Below, in pieces: positions 33,209 through 43,867 of a stretch of 64,000 nucleotides of DNA. The translations under genes were made by a program, and so were the position numbers. The DNA comes from an uncultured delta proteobacterium (lineage in GTDB: Bacteria > Myxococcota_A > Polyangia > Polyangiales > Houyiibacteriaceae), in contig CAVOVB010000002.1 in the NCBI GenBank assembly GCA_963699755.1, forward strand, positions 352,001 to 416,000, in the 5' to 3' direction. The notes below the pieces were generated by a model that was given only the letters and a program-made list of their open reading frames with translations, was not told the origin of the DNA and ran no database searches. The first letter of the stretch is position 1; every line of letters begins with the position of its first letter.

Positions 33209-34212
33209 CCGGGGTCGGACTCGGCGCCCGCGGTGCTGCGCAGGAGTCCACGAAACGCTTTGCGGGCATCGCTTTGTTTCTGGACGGTCTCATAGACTTC
33301 GCGCGCGATTGGCATCTCGACGCCGTACTCGTCGGCCAAGGCGATGACTGCCGGTGCGCTCTTGACACCTTCGGCGACCATGAACATCTCATCGATGATA
33401 TCTTGGATCCTCCGCCCTTTGCCGAGCTCGAAGCCGACGGTTCGGTTGCGGCTTTGCGGACTGGTACAAGTCGCGACCAAGTCTCCCATGCCCGCAAGCC
33501 CGGCGAAAGTCTGCGGCTCGCCGCCCATGGCGACGCCGAGACGCGTGATCTCGGCCAAGCCCCGTGTGATCACGGCCGAGCGGGTGTTGACGCCGGCGCC
33601 CTGACCGTCGCCCATGCCGGCCGCGATTGCGATGATGTTCTTCAACACACCTCCGAGCTCGCAGCCAATGACATCATGATTGGTGTAGACGCGGAACAGG
33701 CCGCTGTGAAAGACCTTCTGGAGCTCTTTCACGATGATTTCGTCTTCCATGGCGATGACACTTGCCGCGGCGTAGCCGGCCATGATCTCGCGGGCGAGGT
33801 TGGGACCGGTGAGCACACCGGACGGATGCCCCGGCAAGACTTCGTTGATGATTTCCGTCATCCGCATCCTGGTCGAAAGCTCGAGGCCTTTGGTGAGGCT
33901 GACGACCGGGACCCAGGGCCGGATGTGCGCTTTCACCTGCTCGAGCACCCCGCGGAAATTTTGCGACGGAATCCCCATCACGATGAGATCGGCAGGCTCG
34001 ACTGCTTCCTGAATCTCCGAGCTCGCCACCAAGCGTTCAGGAAGGGTCGCGCCCGGCAGGTACTTGCTATTGGAATGCTGGGTATTGATTTCGTCGACGG
34101 TCCCCTGGTTGCGAGCCCAAAGGGTGACCGGTGCATTTCTCGCCACGAGCGCGGCAACGGTGGTTCCCCAGGAGCCGCCTCCAAGAAGCCCAACTTTCAA
34201 ATCCATGGGCAC
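33205..34212 (-). CDS. gpsA: NAD(P)H-dependent glycerol-3-phosphate dehydrogenase
   Basis: GGGSWGT, TGPNLA, LKNIIAIA, GLAGMGDL..TC.SPQSRN, VAEG. Confidence 0.95.
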   Translation of the reverse strand: MPMDLKVGLLGGGSWGTTVAALVARNAPVTLWARNQGTVDEINTQHSNSKYLPGATLPERLVASSEIQEAVEPADLIVMGIPSQNFRGVLEQVKAHIRPWVPVVSLTKGLELSTRMRMTEIINEVLPGHPSGVLTGPNLAREIMAGYAAASVIAMEDEIIVKELQKVFHSGLFRVYTNHDVIGCELGGVLKNIIAIAAGMGDGQGAGVNTRSAVITRGLAEITRLGVAMGGEPQTFAGLAGMGDLVATCTSPQSRNRTVGFELGKGRRIQDIIDEMFMVAEGVKSAPAVIALADEYGVEMPIAREVYETVQKQSDARKAFRGLLRSTAGAESDPG

Positions 34213-34383
34213 TTATATCGCGCAATGCGGCATTTGCGCCAGGGTCTCCATGAAAATCGCCGACTCCCCTAATCCAATCGCAACTCCTCCGCGTAGGGCT
34301 GGTTGAAAGGCGGATTTGCTCCGCTGGAGCTCGCGGCACTCGCGAGCAAACACGACCAACGAACCAAACGAGGAGAAGACCCA

Positions 34384-34962
34384 ATGACTAGGAATAGACT
34401 GAACATCCTTTGCGCGACTTTGCTCTCCATGTTCGCCATGGCCTGCGGCGAGGCCGGCGTGGCCACGGTGGAAAAAGACCCAGGCTTTGGCGGCGAGGGA
34501 GGCGCCGGTGGAGCCGGTGGAGCCGGTGGCCAGCCCATTGACCCCAGCGACCTCATCGCCCCGTTCGACAACGACAGCGCGGACAACCCGGCGATGGACG
34601 AGTTCCTGAGCATCACCAACGACCGTGAGCTCGTGTACAGCGACCTAATCTCGGCCGAAGACGGCGACCGCGAAGACTTCGTCCAGTTCGAGCTTCCGAA
34701 CAACAGCAACCCGAACCAGCGCATCGACGTCGGAATCGACTGCCACATCGAGGGCGACGCCGACGCCTTCGCACGCGTCGAAATTCTCGATGTCGGCAAC
34801 GGCGAATCGAAGGCTGTCACCGGCGGCCCGATCGACTGCAACGGCGGCTTCATTCCGGTCACCGTTCGGAACGACCGGGTGCAAGCCGTGCGCATCTACG
34901 TGCAGGGTGTGCCTAAGACGCAGACCCTGATCGAGTACACGCTCACCGTGGCGCCCTTCTGA
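34384..34962 (+). CDS. Hypothetical lipoprotein
   Basis: AGGAG RBS, lipobox AMAC, Gly linker. Confidence 0.75.
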   Translation: MTRNRLNILCATLLSMFAMACGEAGVATVEKDPGFGGEGGAGGAGGAGGQPIDPSDLIAPFDNDSADNPAMDEFLSITNDRELVYSDLISAEDGDREDFVQFELPNNSNPNQRIDVGIDCHIEGDADAFARVEILDVGNGESKAVTGGPIDCNGGFIPVTVRNDRVQAVRIYVQGVPKTQTLIEYTLTVAPF

Positions 34963-34999
34963 GCGCATCCAGCTTAGCAAATCAATCCCTATGTTAATG

Positions 35000-35030
35000 C
35001 CGGCCCTCTTCAGAGGGCCGGTTTTTTTTT
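35000..35030 (+). terminator. Rho-independent terminator
   Basis: CCGGCCCTCT-TC-AGAGGGCCGG followed by T9. Confidence 0.9.
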
Positions 35031-35067
35031 GTCGTATTCTGCTATGAGAGATCCCAAAGGACTCCAG

Positions 35068-37056
35068 ATGACCGACCGACGCCAAGCCCAATCAGCCCGA
35101 CTCCTCGCTCTGGCTTCTACCTTCGCGCTGCTAGCTTCGGCAGGCTGCTCGAAAGAAAGCTCATCCGTCGAGCCGCCGGAGGCTCCCGCGGAAGTGACCC
35201 AATGGGCGCCGGTCGGTCCCAGGACGGTAGGCAGCTACGCCTATGACGTCATCCCAGAGCCCAACGCGTTCCATACGATGCACACGGGGCCGAACAACAG
35301 CGACAACGTCTGGCTTGCCGTCGCGCCGAGGCTCGAGCTCGATTGGGTCGCGGAAACCAGCTTCTATGCGCCCGAGCGGTCGACCTACGATTTCTATGTG
35401 CCCGAAGGGCCGACCTACGATAACGAGGGCAATCTCTACTTCAGTCCCCTGTTCCCGCAAGAAAACGTGTCGCTAGTTTCGCTGGATGCCGAGACCGGCC
35501 AACGCAACTGGGAAATAGAGGGCAACGAAAGCAACAACAACGCGGGGAGCGGCGCGATTTTGATCTTGAACGACCCCGACAACGCAGGGAAACAGATCAT
35601 TTATCACATGACCTATACCGAGGCGATGGCACTGAAGCCTGACGGCACCGAGATATGGCGGACGGCGACGGGCTTGACCTTGCCCGATGTCGTACCCGGT
35701 GTCCGCTCGACGACGCACTCCTTCGGTTTCAACTACCATCCGCAAACCGACTCGCTGGTCGGCCTCACAATAAACGGAGAGCTGCTTCAGTTCGATCGGA
35801 AGACCGGTAAGAAGAGCGCACCGATGGCGCAGGTTCCCGGCTCGCCGGCCGTAAGCGAGCTCCCCCCGCTTCCTCAGCTCATCATAGATGCCAGCAATGC
35901 CCTGACCGACGAGGTCTTTGGCAAGACCCCAAGCGGCCTGAGCTTTTTCTCGACGATCATCGACGTCATCTTCGGCGGTGGATCGGTCGTCACCAATTTC
36001 TTTGCGATCGATCCCAACACGGGCCTGATCGTCGTTGCCGCAACCGCCGACGACGAAGCGGACGGCACCATGGACGGACTTTCGGAATTCGGCGCGATCT
36101 ACTCCTATGAGCTGGTCGATGACGGGGCGGGCGGCCTCGAATTCAATCGCCTCAATTCGATTGAGTTCATCGGCGGCACCGGCTCGACACCTTCGATCAG
36201 CGAAGATGGCAGCAGAGTCTATGTTTCCGACAATGTCGGGAATCTCATCGCGCTCGACCACGAGCTCGAGGAGATCTGGCGCTACGACGTCGGCGAGCCA
36301 CTGGCCGCATCCGTTGCGGTTTCGCCCGACAACGCCGAGCTCTATGCGGTGACTCGCAATGATGTGTTCAAACTGACCGATCTCGGTGATAGCGGCCGAT
36401 TGGACTGGACTGCCACGCTCGACGCCTTTAAGGACGATCCCGACATCGCAATCGAGTTCAACGCCCTCACGCCAACAATCGCGGCCAACGGCGTTGCGAT
36501 CAGCGTGGGTGGTGCCGTGCCGGCGCCGATCAGTGGCCAATCCCTCATGGTGAAGGTCGGCGTGGGCTTGCTCGATCGAGAGACCGGAAAGCTTCGCTCG
36601 TTCACCGAAGGCCGCGAAGAATCAATCGCCGTGACGAGTGTTGGGCCTCAGGGCGGCATCTACACCGCAAGCTCACCGGTTCGCCGCGTTTCCGGCAAGG
36701 CGTTCAATCCGGAGAACCCCGACGTGGCCACCATCATCGGCGGCATCTCGCGCTACAAGCCCGTTCGAAACGACCTACTCGTCCAAGACGCGACCTGCGC
36801 CGCGGGCGTCCGCGCGCGGAACGCGGCCACGATTGCGGCCAGTGCACCCGATTCCGCGGCGGAGGACATTCGCCAGATCCAAGTATTAATCGATCAAAGT
36901 CGCGCAGCCATCGGCCGCGCCGTGATCGAGGGTGACCTCGATGCGACGTCTGCTGCGCCGCTCAACGCCGGGCTCGATAGAGCAGAAGCGAACCTCACGA
37001 TTGACGGGCTAGAGAATCTGGCCTTCGAGCTACTGACCCTGTGCAACGCCCTCTGA
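35068..37056 (+). CDS. PQQ-like beta-propeller lipoprotein
   Basis: Lipobox SAGC; LDAETGQRNW, PDGTEIW, EEIWRY repeats. Confidence 0.75.
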   Translation: MTDRRQAQSARLLALASTFALLASAGCSKESSSVEPPEAPAEVTQWAPVGPRTVGSYAYDVIPEPNAFHTMHTGPNNSDNVWLAVAPRLELDWVAETSFYAPERSTYDFYVPEGPTYDNEGNLYFSPLFPQENVSLVSLDAETGQRNWEIEGNESNNNAGSGAILILNDPDNAGKQIIYHMTYTEAMALKPDGTEIWRTATGLTLPDVVPGVRSTTHSFGFNYHPQTDSLVGLTINGELLQFDRKTGKKSAPMAQVPGSPAVSELPPLPQLIIDASNALTDEVFGKTPSGLSFFSTIIDVIFGGGSVVTNFFAIDPNTGLIVVAATADDEADGTMDGLSEFGAIYSYELVDDGAGGLEFNRLNSIEFIGGTGSTPSISEDGSRVYVSDNVGNLIALDHELEEIWRYDVGEPLAASVAVSPDNAELYAVTRNDVFKLTDLGDSGRLDWTATLDAFKDDPDIAIEFNALTPTIAANGVAISVGGAVPAPISGQSLMVKVGVGLLDRETGKLRSFTEGREESIAVTSVGPQGGIYTASSPVRRVSGKAFNPENPDVATIIGGISRYKPVRNDLLVQDATCAAGVRARNAATIAASAPDSAAEDIRQIQVLIDQSRAAIGRAVIEGDLDATSAAPLNAGLDRAEANLTIDGLENLAFELLTLCNAL

Positions 37057-37064
37057 ATGAAAGC

Positions 37065-37739
37065 TCATCCCTTCAACCAGGTGTAGGCGTCCCTGACCGC
37101 ATCGCGCCCACCGCTCTCGATGATCTCGCCATGCGCAAGGACGACCCGGTCGAAATCCCAGCCCAGCATCTCATCGATCGAGCGACGTGCGCGTTTCTTG
37201 TCTCGGAAGATGAGACGCAATCCGCGACTGAGGCCAGGCCTGCCGTGGATGCCCGCGAGCTTCAGATACGTCCGTGTAGGCCAGTGAGGTGATGTTTGAA
37301 AATTCTCGATGAGGTCCGCTACGATCAGTGAACGCGAAGGACGATGGAAGAACACCGTTTCGTTGAGCAAGGTGCCGTCGAGGAAGGTAGTCTCGAGGTC
37401 GCTGTCCCAGTCTGCTTGCGCGTCACCTCTGAGCTCTCGATCGATCGCGAGGTCTTTGCGTCGCATCGCGAGGCCCACCGCGGCATGGAGCAAAGCGTCT
37501 GGATAGGCGTCTTGCCACTCACCCGCATACAAGTGATGGGCCTGACTGGGGGCGACGATGTGGCGCACCGGACCCAATAGAGCGACCTCGGCCTTCAAGC
37601 TGGGCGTCAGCGCGATCGGCGAGTGAACCAGCAAGCTGCCATCCCGAAGACGCACGACCGTCATCCGAGTACCGAGGTGCAGGCCTAGAAACGACTGCGG
37701 CGAAGCCACTGCCCAAAGATCGTTTGCGAGCTTGTCCAT
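37065..37739 (-). CDS. DUF4336 family protein
   Basis: GTRMTVVRL.DG.L.VHSPI, APS..HHLY, WDFDRVVLAHG. Confidence 0.88.
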   Translation of the reverse strand: MDKLANDLWAVASPQSFLGLHLGTRMTVVRLRDGSLLVHSPIALTPSLKAEVALLGPVRHIVAPSQAHHLYAGEWQDAYPDALLHAAVGLAMRRKDLAIDRELRGDAQADWDSDLETTFLDGTLLNETVFFHRPSRSLIVADLIENFQTSPHWPTRTYLKLAGIHGRPGLSRGLRLIFRDKKRARRSIDEMLGWDFDRVVLAHGEIIESGGRDAVRDAYTWLKG

Positions 37740-37757
37740 CTTGGCAGCCTGCTCTGC

Positions 37758-40358
37758 TCACTCCGGCTGGGCGACGATCGCGTACTTGAGGTTGGAATTG
37801 GTCGCGTCGTAGTAGCTGATATGCGCGTGGCCAAGCTCGTCCACGGCGACTGAGCTGTACTCCCCGACGTCGCCGGCACTGTCGACGAGCTCGATAGACC
37901 AAGACCCATCGGACTGCTGGACGGCACACTTCAAATCTCGAGCGCTCTCGTCGTAGTAGCTGATGCGCGCCAGACCGGCCCCATCGAAGGCTAACGACGA
38001 GTACTTGCCGACATTCGACTGGTTCTCGACGACCTGCGCGATCCAAAGCCCTTTGTCGTCCGTAGTAGCGTAGAGCAGGTCCTTGTCGTCCTCGCCGTAG
38101 TAGCTGATGTGCGTTGCCCCAGACGGATCGACAGCCAAGGACGAGTACTTTCCGACATTCCCGTCGCTGGCGACGGTTTGAGTCCTCCAGGAGCCGACCA
38201 GATCTCGGCTCGCGTGCTTGAGATCTTTCCTGTCCGCGTCGTAGTAACTGATGTGGACTACTCCGGATGGATCGATAGCCAACGACGTGAACTCACCGAC
38301 CTCACCTTGACCGTCCACGATTTCGATCGTCCAAGCCGCCGAGCCCTGCCGGGTCGCATACTTCAGATCCTTGCCTTTCGCGTCGTAGTAGCTGATGTGT
38401 GGGGCGCCCGAGGCATCGAAGGCGAGCGACGCGTACTCGCCGACCTCGCCCACGCCGTCCACGACTTCGATCGCCCAGACGCCGCCGGCCTGCTTGCTCG
38501 CAAACATCAGGTCTTTCTTGCTCGCGTTGTAGTACGCGACATGGGGCGTGCCTTCGCTGTCGAAGGCGAACGACGCGTGACGACCGACCTCGTCCTTGCC
38601 ATCGGGTCGCTCCGAGAGCCAGGTGTCGTCCGCCTGCGAGGCTGCGTAGGCGAGATCTCGGCCGCTTTCCGCGTAGGAAACGATGTGCGGGCTCCCGTTG
38701 TCGTCGAGCGCAAGTGAGCTGTACTCCCCGATGTCTCCCTCTTCATCGACAATCTGCAGGTGGATCTGGGCGCAGACCCCGCGATAGAACGCTTGGCCCG
38801 GCGGGCACGTCGGACAGCACATCTGATAACAGCGCTCGTAGGTTTCCTCACAGACGAAACGACAGACTCCTAGCGCGCAGATGGGGTTGGCGTTGGCGGG
38901 CGCGAGGCAGGGCGTACACGATTCACCGCAGGAGTCGACGTCCAAGTCAGAGAGGCAAACGGCGCCGCAGCGGTGAAACCTTGGAGCGCAAACGCATTCA
39001 TGCGCTTCGGTGTCACAGACCTCATTTTCACCCACACACTGCGCGTCGTTTCCACAGCCGCGCACGCAGTTGCCCGTGGCCTCGTCGCAATAGGTAAAGC
39101 CGCTGCAGCCAGCCCCGTTCGCTCGACAGTCACCGGGATTCGCGCAGATCCCAAGCAGACAAGACTGCCCGGTCGAACAAGATCTGGTGCAATCCCCGCA
39201 GTAGCTCGGGTCGATTTGAGTGTTGACACAAAGGCCCTCGCAACGCTCGAAATCGAGCGCACAGACGCAGTCGTGAAGGGCGATGTCGCAGATTTCGTGC
39301 TCGCCGTTGCATTGCGAAGCCACCACGCATCCGGGCAAACACCCGCCGCTGCTTTCGTCACAATAGGTGAAACCACTGCATCCCACTCCGTTGGTGCGGC
39401 AGTCGTCCGGGTCGACGCAGCGCCCATCGTCGCAGACCTGACCGGTCAGGCAGGTCGTCTGGCAATTACCGCAGTAGAGCGGATCGGCTTGCGGGTTCAC
39501 ACAGTCCTCGCCGCAGAGCACGAGCGGGGCTTCGCAGTTGATGACCCCTCCGTCGGGCTCCGTCCCGCCATCTGGCTCCGTCCCGCCGTCCGGTTCCGTC
39601 CCACCGTCCGGCTCCGTCCCGCTGTCGGGTAAACCAGCATCCTGAATGGGAATCCCGGCATCTGCTGGCAGCACGCCCGGGTTGGCGATGCGCTCCAGAT
39701 CCTCGGGGCGCACGGCCTCATCGACACAGGAGGGCTCTGCACAAGACTGCGCGCCCGGACAGCCACAAGACTGCCCGGACGCGCAGGTCATGTCGGCGCA
39801 CGCCCGATACAAGAACATCCGAACGAGTCGGGTTTCCCCCGCAACAAAGCCCGTCTTGACGCGCCGCGAAACCAGAGCTTGCCCGCTGCCAGCGGCAAGA
39901 GCTTGGAGCTCAATCGCAATCGGATGGTCCAGATCCGAGTCCTCAGGCACGATCCCGAAGCTGGCAGGTAGATCGAACACGCCTGCCTCGCCCGGTGCGT
40001 CGTCGGACACCGAGAACTCGTGTGCCCAGGTTTCGACCTCTTCGATTCCGCTATCTGTCTCCACCAACTTGGAAACGCGCGCTCGGATTCGGTCCACTTC
40101 GCCCGGCGTCCCATAGTCGGTATCCATGAGCACGACGACCTGCGTGGACGCTGACTCTGCGCAGCCCGCGACGAGCACCAGAAAACAAAGCACGCTTGGG
40201 AGGTGGCAAACGGCCGCGATGGGCCTCTTCGATCGGAAATCCAAGGGCAGGAAGGATACCCGGGCACCGGTCCGCCGCAAATCGGCGGGGATCGCGGGCC
40301 TTCCACCCCAAGTGGGGCTTTCTCTTGTCCCTAGCCCCGAGATCACACAAGTTTCCAT
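37758..40358 (-). CDS. Large lipoprotein: Cys-rich repeats plus 7-repeat beta-propeller (start uncertain, probably downstream)
   Basis: Lipobox VAGC, DPxYCGxC repeats, seven VGEYSSLAxD..G..HISYY..DLKYA repeats. Confidence 0.8.
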   Translation of the reverse strand: METCVISGLGTRESPTWGGRPAIPADLRRTGARVSFLPLDFRSKRPIAAVCHLPSVLCFLVLVAGCAESASTQVVVLMDTDYGTPGEVDRIRARVSKLVETDSGIEEVETWAHEFSVSDDAPGEAGVFDLPASFGIVPEDSDLDHPIAIELQALAAGSGQALVSRRVKTGFVAGETRLVRMFLYRACADMTCASGQSCGCPGAQSCAEPSCVDEAVRPEDLERIANPGVLPADAGIPIQDAGLPDSGTEPDGGTEPDGGTEPDGGTEPDGGVINCEAPLVLCGEDCVNPQADPLYCGNCQTTCLTGQVCDDGRCVDPDDCRTNGVGCSGFTYCDESSGGCLPGCVVASQCNGEHEICDIALHDCVCALDFERCEGLCVNTQIDPSYCGDCTRSCSTGQSCLLGICANPGDCRANGAGCSGFTYCDEATGNCVRGCGNDAQCVGENEVCDTEAHECVCAPRFHRCGAVCLSDLDVDSCGESCTPCLAPANANPICALGVCRFVCEETYERCYQMCCPTCPPGQAFYRGVCAQIHLQIVDEEGDIGEYSSLALDDNGSPHIVSYAESGRDLAYAASQADDTWLSERPDGKDEVGRHASFAFDSEGTPHVAYYNASKKDLMFASKQAGGVWAIEVVDGVGEVGEYASLAFDASGAPHISYYDAKGKDLKYATRQGSAAWTIEIVDGQGEVGEFTSLAIDPSGVVHISYYDADRKDLKHASRDLVGSWRTQTVASDGNVGKYSSLAVDPSGATHISYYGEDDKDLLYATTDDKGLWIAQVVENQSNVGKYSSLAFDGAGLARISYYDESARDLKCAVQQSDGSWSIELVDSAGDVGEYSSVAVDELGHAHISYYDATNSNLKYAIVAQPE
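39550..39629 (-). repeat. 18-bp coding tandem repeat (PDGGTE x4)
   Basis: PDSGTEPDGGTEPDGGTEPDGGTEPDGG linker. Confidence 0.85.
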
Positions 40359-40384
40359 GGTGCACGCTTTCGCCCAACGTCTTC

Positions 40385-41794
40385 ATGACTAGCTTGGACC
40401 CTCTCATCCCGAAGGACACCGTGATCGGCGGCAAATACCGCCTCGGTCCTGCTATCGGCTCGGGCGGCGTCGCCACGGTCTATCGCGCGACTCACCTGTG
40501 GACGGAGCGCCAAGTCGCGGTCAAGGTCCTCGACCCAACGCTGCCGCATTTCGAACGACTGCGTGAAGGATTCCTGAGAGAGGCACGCGCCACGGTACAG
40601 CTCGACCATCCAAACGTCGTCGACGTTCTCGATATGGGCGAGGACGGTTGGGACACGGCGTATTTGGTGATGGAGCTCCTCCAGGGACCCACGCTCCGCG
40701 ATGTGCTCCTCGAGAACGGCCGCCTCTCGGAGGAACAGACGCTCGCGATCCTGCTCCCTCTCGCCGATGCACTCGAGAGAGCCCACGAGCTCGGGATCAT
40801 CCATCGCGATTTCAAGCCCGATAACATCATGTTGGTACTCGACGCGTACGGTGTGGCGACACCCAAATTGCTCGACTTCGGTGTAGCCGAAATTCTGCAA
40901 GACACACGAGCGCGAAGCATCTCGGCTAGCGATGACGTGATCATGGGCACGCCCCAGTACATGTCTCCGGAACAGGCCCGCGATGAACGCTCGCTCATAG
41001 GCGCACATACCGATGTCTGGGGTATGGGCGTGGTTTGGTACGAGTGCATGACCGGGCGCGCGCCCTTTGTCGGTGACAGCGCCATCGAAGTGCTCACTTC
41101 GGTCTGTGAGGATCCGATCGATTTCAGTGATGTTCCCGCGGCGTACGTTCCGCTTCTCCGAGACGCTTTGGGTCGAACGCCCGATCTTCGAATCGGAACG
41201 CTTTCGGAGCTCAAGGCGCGCGTGGAGCAGATGGGGATCACGAGATCCTCGCTCCCGCCTGCTCCCGCGTCGTTGCATTTGTCGCCAGTGCCATCGGAAG
41301 TGACCGAGGTACAGCAAACCCTATCCAGATTGGGTTCAACACTGCGGACCTCGACGGGGCGCGCGACGATTCAAGCCGATCGGGACCTTCTCGCGTTGCC
41401 GGTCCGCTCGAACCGTGGAGCATGGCTAGCGGGTCTTGCGTTGACGGTTGCGGTGGCCCTGGCAGCCTGGTGGACCGTCCGGGGTCCGACTGGAGCGTCG
41501 ACCCGTCCCGTACTGCCGGAGTTCGCCGAGCCCAGCCCGTGGCCCGGAGACCCCGTCGAAGAGGTCGTCGCCGAGCCCGAAGTAGATATCCCTGTCGAGC
41601 CCGCCGTGGAGGTCGCGACCGAGGTCGCCGTCGAGCCCGCCCAAGAAATAACTGCCAACGCGGCGCGGCAGACCCCGAAGCCGCCGCCTCGCAGACCGCG
41701 GCGAGGCAAACGCAGGCCCGCGCCCAGCCCGGAGCCCCCAGTTTCAAATGACTCCGCGTACCAGAGACCCCCAGACTTGGTGACCGAATGGTGA
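40385..41794 (+). CDS. Membrane Ser/Thr protein kinase
   Basis: GSGGVATVY, VAVK, HRDFKPDN, DFG, GTPQYMSPEQ, TM helix, Pro-rich tail. Confidence 0.94.
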   Translation: MTSLDPLIPKDTVIGGKYRLGPAIGSGGVATVYRATHLWTERQVAVKVLDPTLPHFERLREGFLREARATVQLDHPNVVDVLDMGEDGWDTAYLVMELLQGPTLRDVLLENGRLSEEQTLAILLPLADALERAHELGIIHRDFKPDNIMLVLDAYGVATPKLLDFGVAEILQDTRARSISASDDVIMGTPQYMSPEQARDERSLIGAHTDVWGMGVVWYECMTGRAPFVGDSAIEVLTSVCEDPIDFSDVPAAYVPLLRDALGRTPDLRIGTLSELKARVEQMGITRSSLPPAPASLHLSPVPSEVTEVQQTLSRLGSTLRTSTGRATIQADRDLLALPVRSNRGAWLAGLALTVAVALAAWWTVRGPTGASTRPVLPEFAEPSPWPGDPVEEVVAEPEVDIPVEPAVEVATEVAVEPAQEITANAARQTPKPPPRRPRRGKRRPAPSPEPPVSNDSAYQRPPDLVTEW

Positions 41795-42639
41795 AGCTGC
41801 TCTACTTCGTCTCGGCGCTCTCGGTTGTATGCTGCTTCTTCGGGGCTCAATCGCCCCCCACGGCTGCGGCGCAGGGCGGAGAAACGCCGCACGCGCGCGC
41901 GCGTGAGCTTTTCAAAGAGGGTGTGGCGCTCGGCAAGTCGCAACGCTGGGCTGAGGCGCTCTCGGCGTTCCGCGATTCGGCCGAGCTGGTTCCGCGCGCG
42001 AGCACTTCCTACAACATCGCCAATGCCTTGTACCGTCTGGCACGCCCGGTGGAAGGGCTCGAGGAGCTCGACCGATTCGAGTCGATGTCCGAAGTGCTCA
42101 TCGACCCTGCAGCCCGTGAGCGTGGCGCAAGGCTTCGGGAGCTGCTCGAGAGCTCGGTGGCTGAGCTTCGCTTGGCGATCACGCCGGAACGCGCGGACGT
42201 GTTCGTCGACGGTCGGCTCAGGGCAGGCGCCGGACCCATTCGAGAGCTCCGACTGAATCCCGGTCGCCACTCGATCCGCATCAGTCATGAGGGATACGAG
42301 ACCTCCGTGCGAGAAATTCAAGCCAAGCGCGGCAGCCGAGAGGCGCAGACGATCGCCCTGAAACCCCGGACCCCAACGTCGCCTCCGGCCGTCGCCCTCA
42401 GCGGAGCAACCTTTTCGCCCGAGCCCAACGCGCTGAGCACCTCTCAAACGGGAGCTGAGCGCGACGACCGGAAGCGCTTCGTGAAGCGGCCCGGGTTCTG
42501 GGTCATGATCGGGGCCATTGCAGCGGCCGGCATTGGAGCCGGCCTGGCCGTGGCACTGGTGCGACGGGACGATGCGCCACCTTGCGGAACGACCGGAACC
42601 TGTGCGACGACCCAGGGGCTGACCCTACGCTCGTTCTGA
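41788..42639 (+). CDS. TPR + PEGA domain protein
   Basis: ARELFKEG...W.EAL..F...YNIA; ADVFVDG...LNPGRHSIRIS.EGYE; C-terminal TM. Confidence 0.85.
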   Translation: MVKLLYFVSALSVVCCFFGAQSPPTAAAQGGETPHARARELFKEGVALGKSQRWAEALSAFRDSAELVPRASTSYNIANALYRLARPVEGLEELDRFESMSEVLIDPAARERGARLRELLESSVAELRLAITPERADVFVDGRLRAGAGPIRELRLNPGRHSIRISHEGYETSVREIQAKRGSREAQTIALKPRTPTSPPAVALSGATFSPEPNALSTSQTGAERDDRKRFVKRPGFWVMIGAIAAAGIGAGLAVALVRRDDAPPCGTTGTCATTQGLTLRSF

Positions 42640-42696
42640 GGGCTGATAGCACTCGAGCGGGCTGACATCGCCCGCAAAAGCTGATAGGGCCTAGCC

Positions 42697-43212
42697 ATGG
42701 CCAACCCGACTGCAACTTTCGAAACCTCCCTCGGCAACGTTGAAATCGAGCTTTTCACCGACCTCATGCCCAAGACAGCGGGTAACTTCATCGAGCTTGC
42801 CAAGAGCGGCTTCTATGACGGTCTGCATTTCCATCGGGTGATCGACGGATTCATGATCCAGTTCGGCTGCCCGCATAGTCGCGACCCGAGCAGCCCGCGC
42901 GCGGGCACCGGTGAAAGCCCGAAGGGCACCATCGAGGATGAGCATCCGGAGAATGCCAAGCTCTCGAACGAGCCGGGCACGCTATCGATGGCCAACACCG
43001 GCCGCCCGAACAGCGGTGGCTGCCAATTCTTCATCAACACCGTGCACAACGCCTATCTCGACTGGTTCAGCCCTGGGCCGTCCAAGCATCCAGTGTTCGG
43101 CAAAGTAACGAGCGGCATGGACGTCATCGAGAAGATCGAGTCCACCCGCACGGGCCCCGGCGACCGACCGATCACCCCGGTGCAGATGGTGAAGATCACC
43201 GTCCACGATTAG
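42697..43212 (+). CDS. Cyclophilin-type peptidyl-prolyl isomerase
   Basis: [37 protein letters not shown]. Confidence 0.95.
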   Translation: MANPTATFETSLGNVEIELFTDLMPKTAGNFIELAKSGFYDGLHFHRVIDGFMIQFGCPHSRDPSSPRAGTGESPKGTIEDEHPENAKLSNEPGTLSMANTGRPNSGGCQFFINTVHNAYLDWFSPGPSKHPVFGKVTSGMDVIEKIESTRTGPGDRPITPVQMVKITVHD

Positions 43213-43218
43213 GCTGCG

Positions 43219-43858
43219 ATGAGAGCTTAATTCTGCTTCGTGTTCCTCGCTGCGATCGTTGCTAGCGCCTGCGGTGACGATTATGTTCCGCCGCCTTCGA
43301 CCGGCGGAACGGGTGGCACGGGGGGCACCGCGGGCACCCGGAGGAACGGGGGAAACGGGTGGCACGGGGGGCACCGCGGGAACGGGGGGAACGGGAGGCA
43401 TCGGGGGCACCGCGGGCACCGGAGGAATGGGGGGCATCGGTGGCGCCGGCGCAGCGGGCGGCGGCGGCTCGGGAGCGACAGGCGGAACGGCTTCGATGGG
43501 GGCCTGCGACAACCCGGACGACCTTGCGGCCCTGAGAGGCCTTGAACCTGGCGAGGCGCGTCAGACCGCTGCCGGCTGCGGCCTGCCTCCTTCCGTCTGT
43601 GCAACTCTGGTCACCATGGAGGACGCGTTCAAAGCGTGCGTCGACGACTGCGCTCGACGAGCTACCGGCGTGTCGGCCGAATGCTCCAGCTGCTATGGCG
43701 ATCTGGCCTGGTGCAGCCGCGAGCTCTGCTTGACGCCCTGCGCAGGCAACGCGTGCGTGCCGGACTGTTACATTTCCTGCCCGGGATATGCTGCGTGCCT
43801 CGATGCACTCAGTCAGTGCGCTGGCCGCGACGCGACCGACTGCGTCGGCGACACCTGA
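43219..43858 (+). pseudogene. Gly-linker/Cys-rich lipoprotein with in-frame stop and frameshift
   Basis: ATG AGA GCT TAA then signal...ASAC; extra base near 43337 moves the GGTGG linker between ORFs 43240 and 43259. Confidence 0.7.
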
Positions 43859-43867
43859 CCTCCGCTC

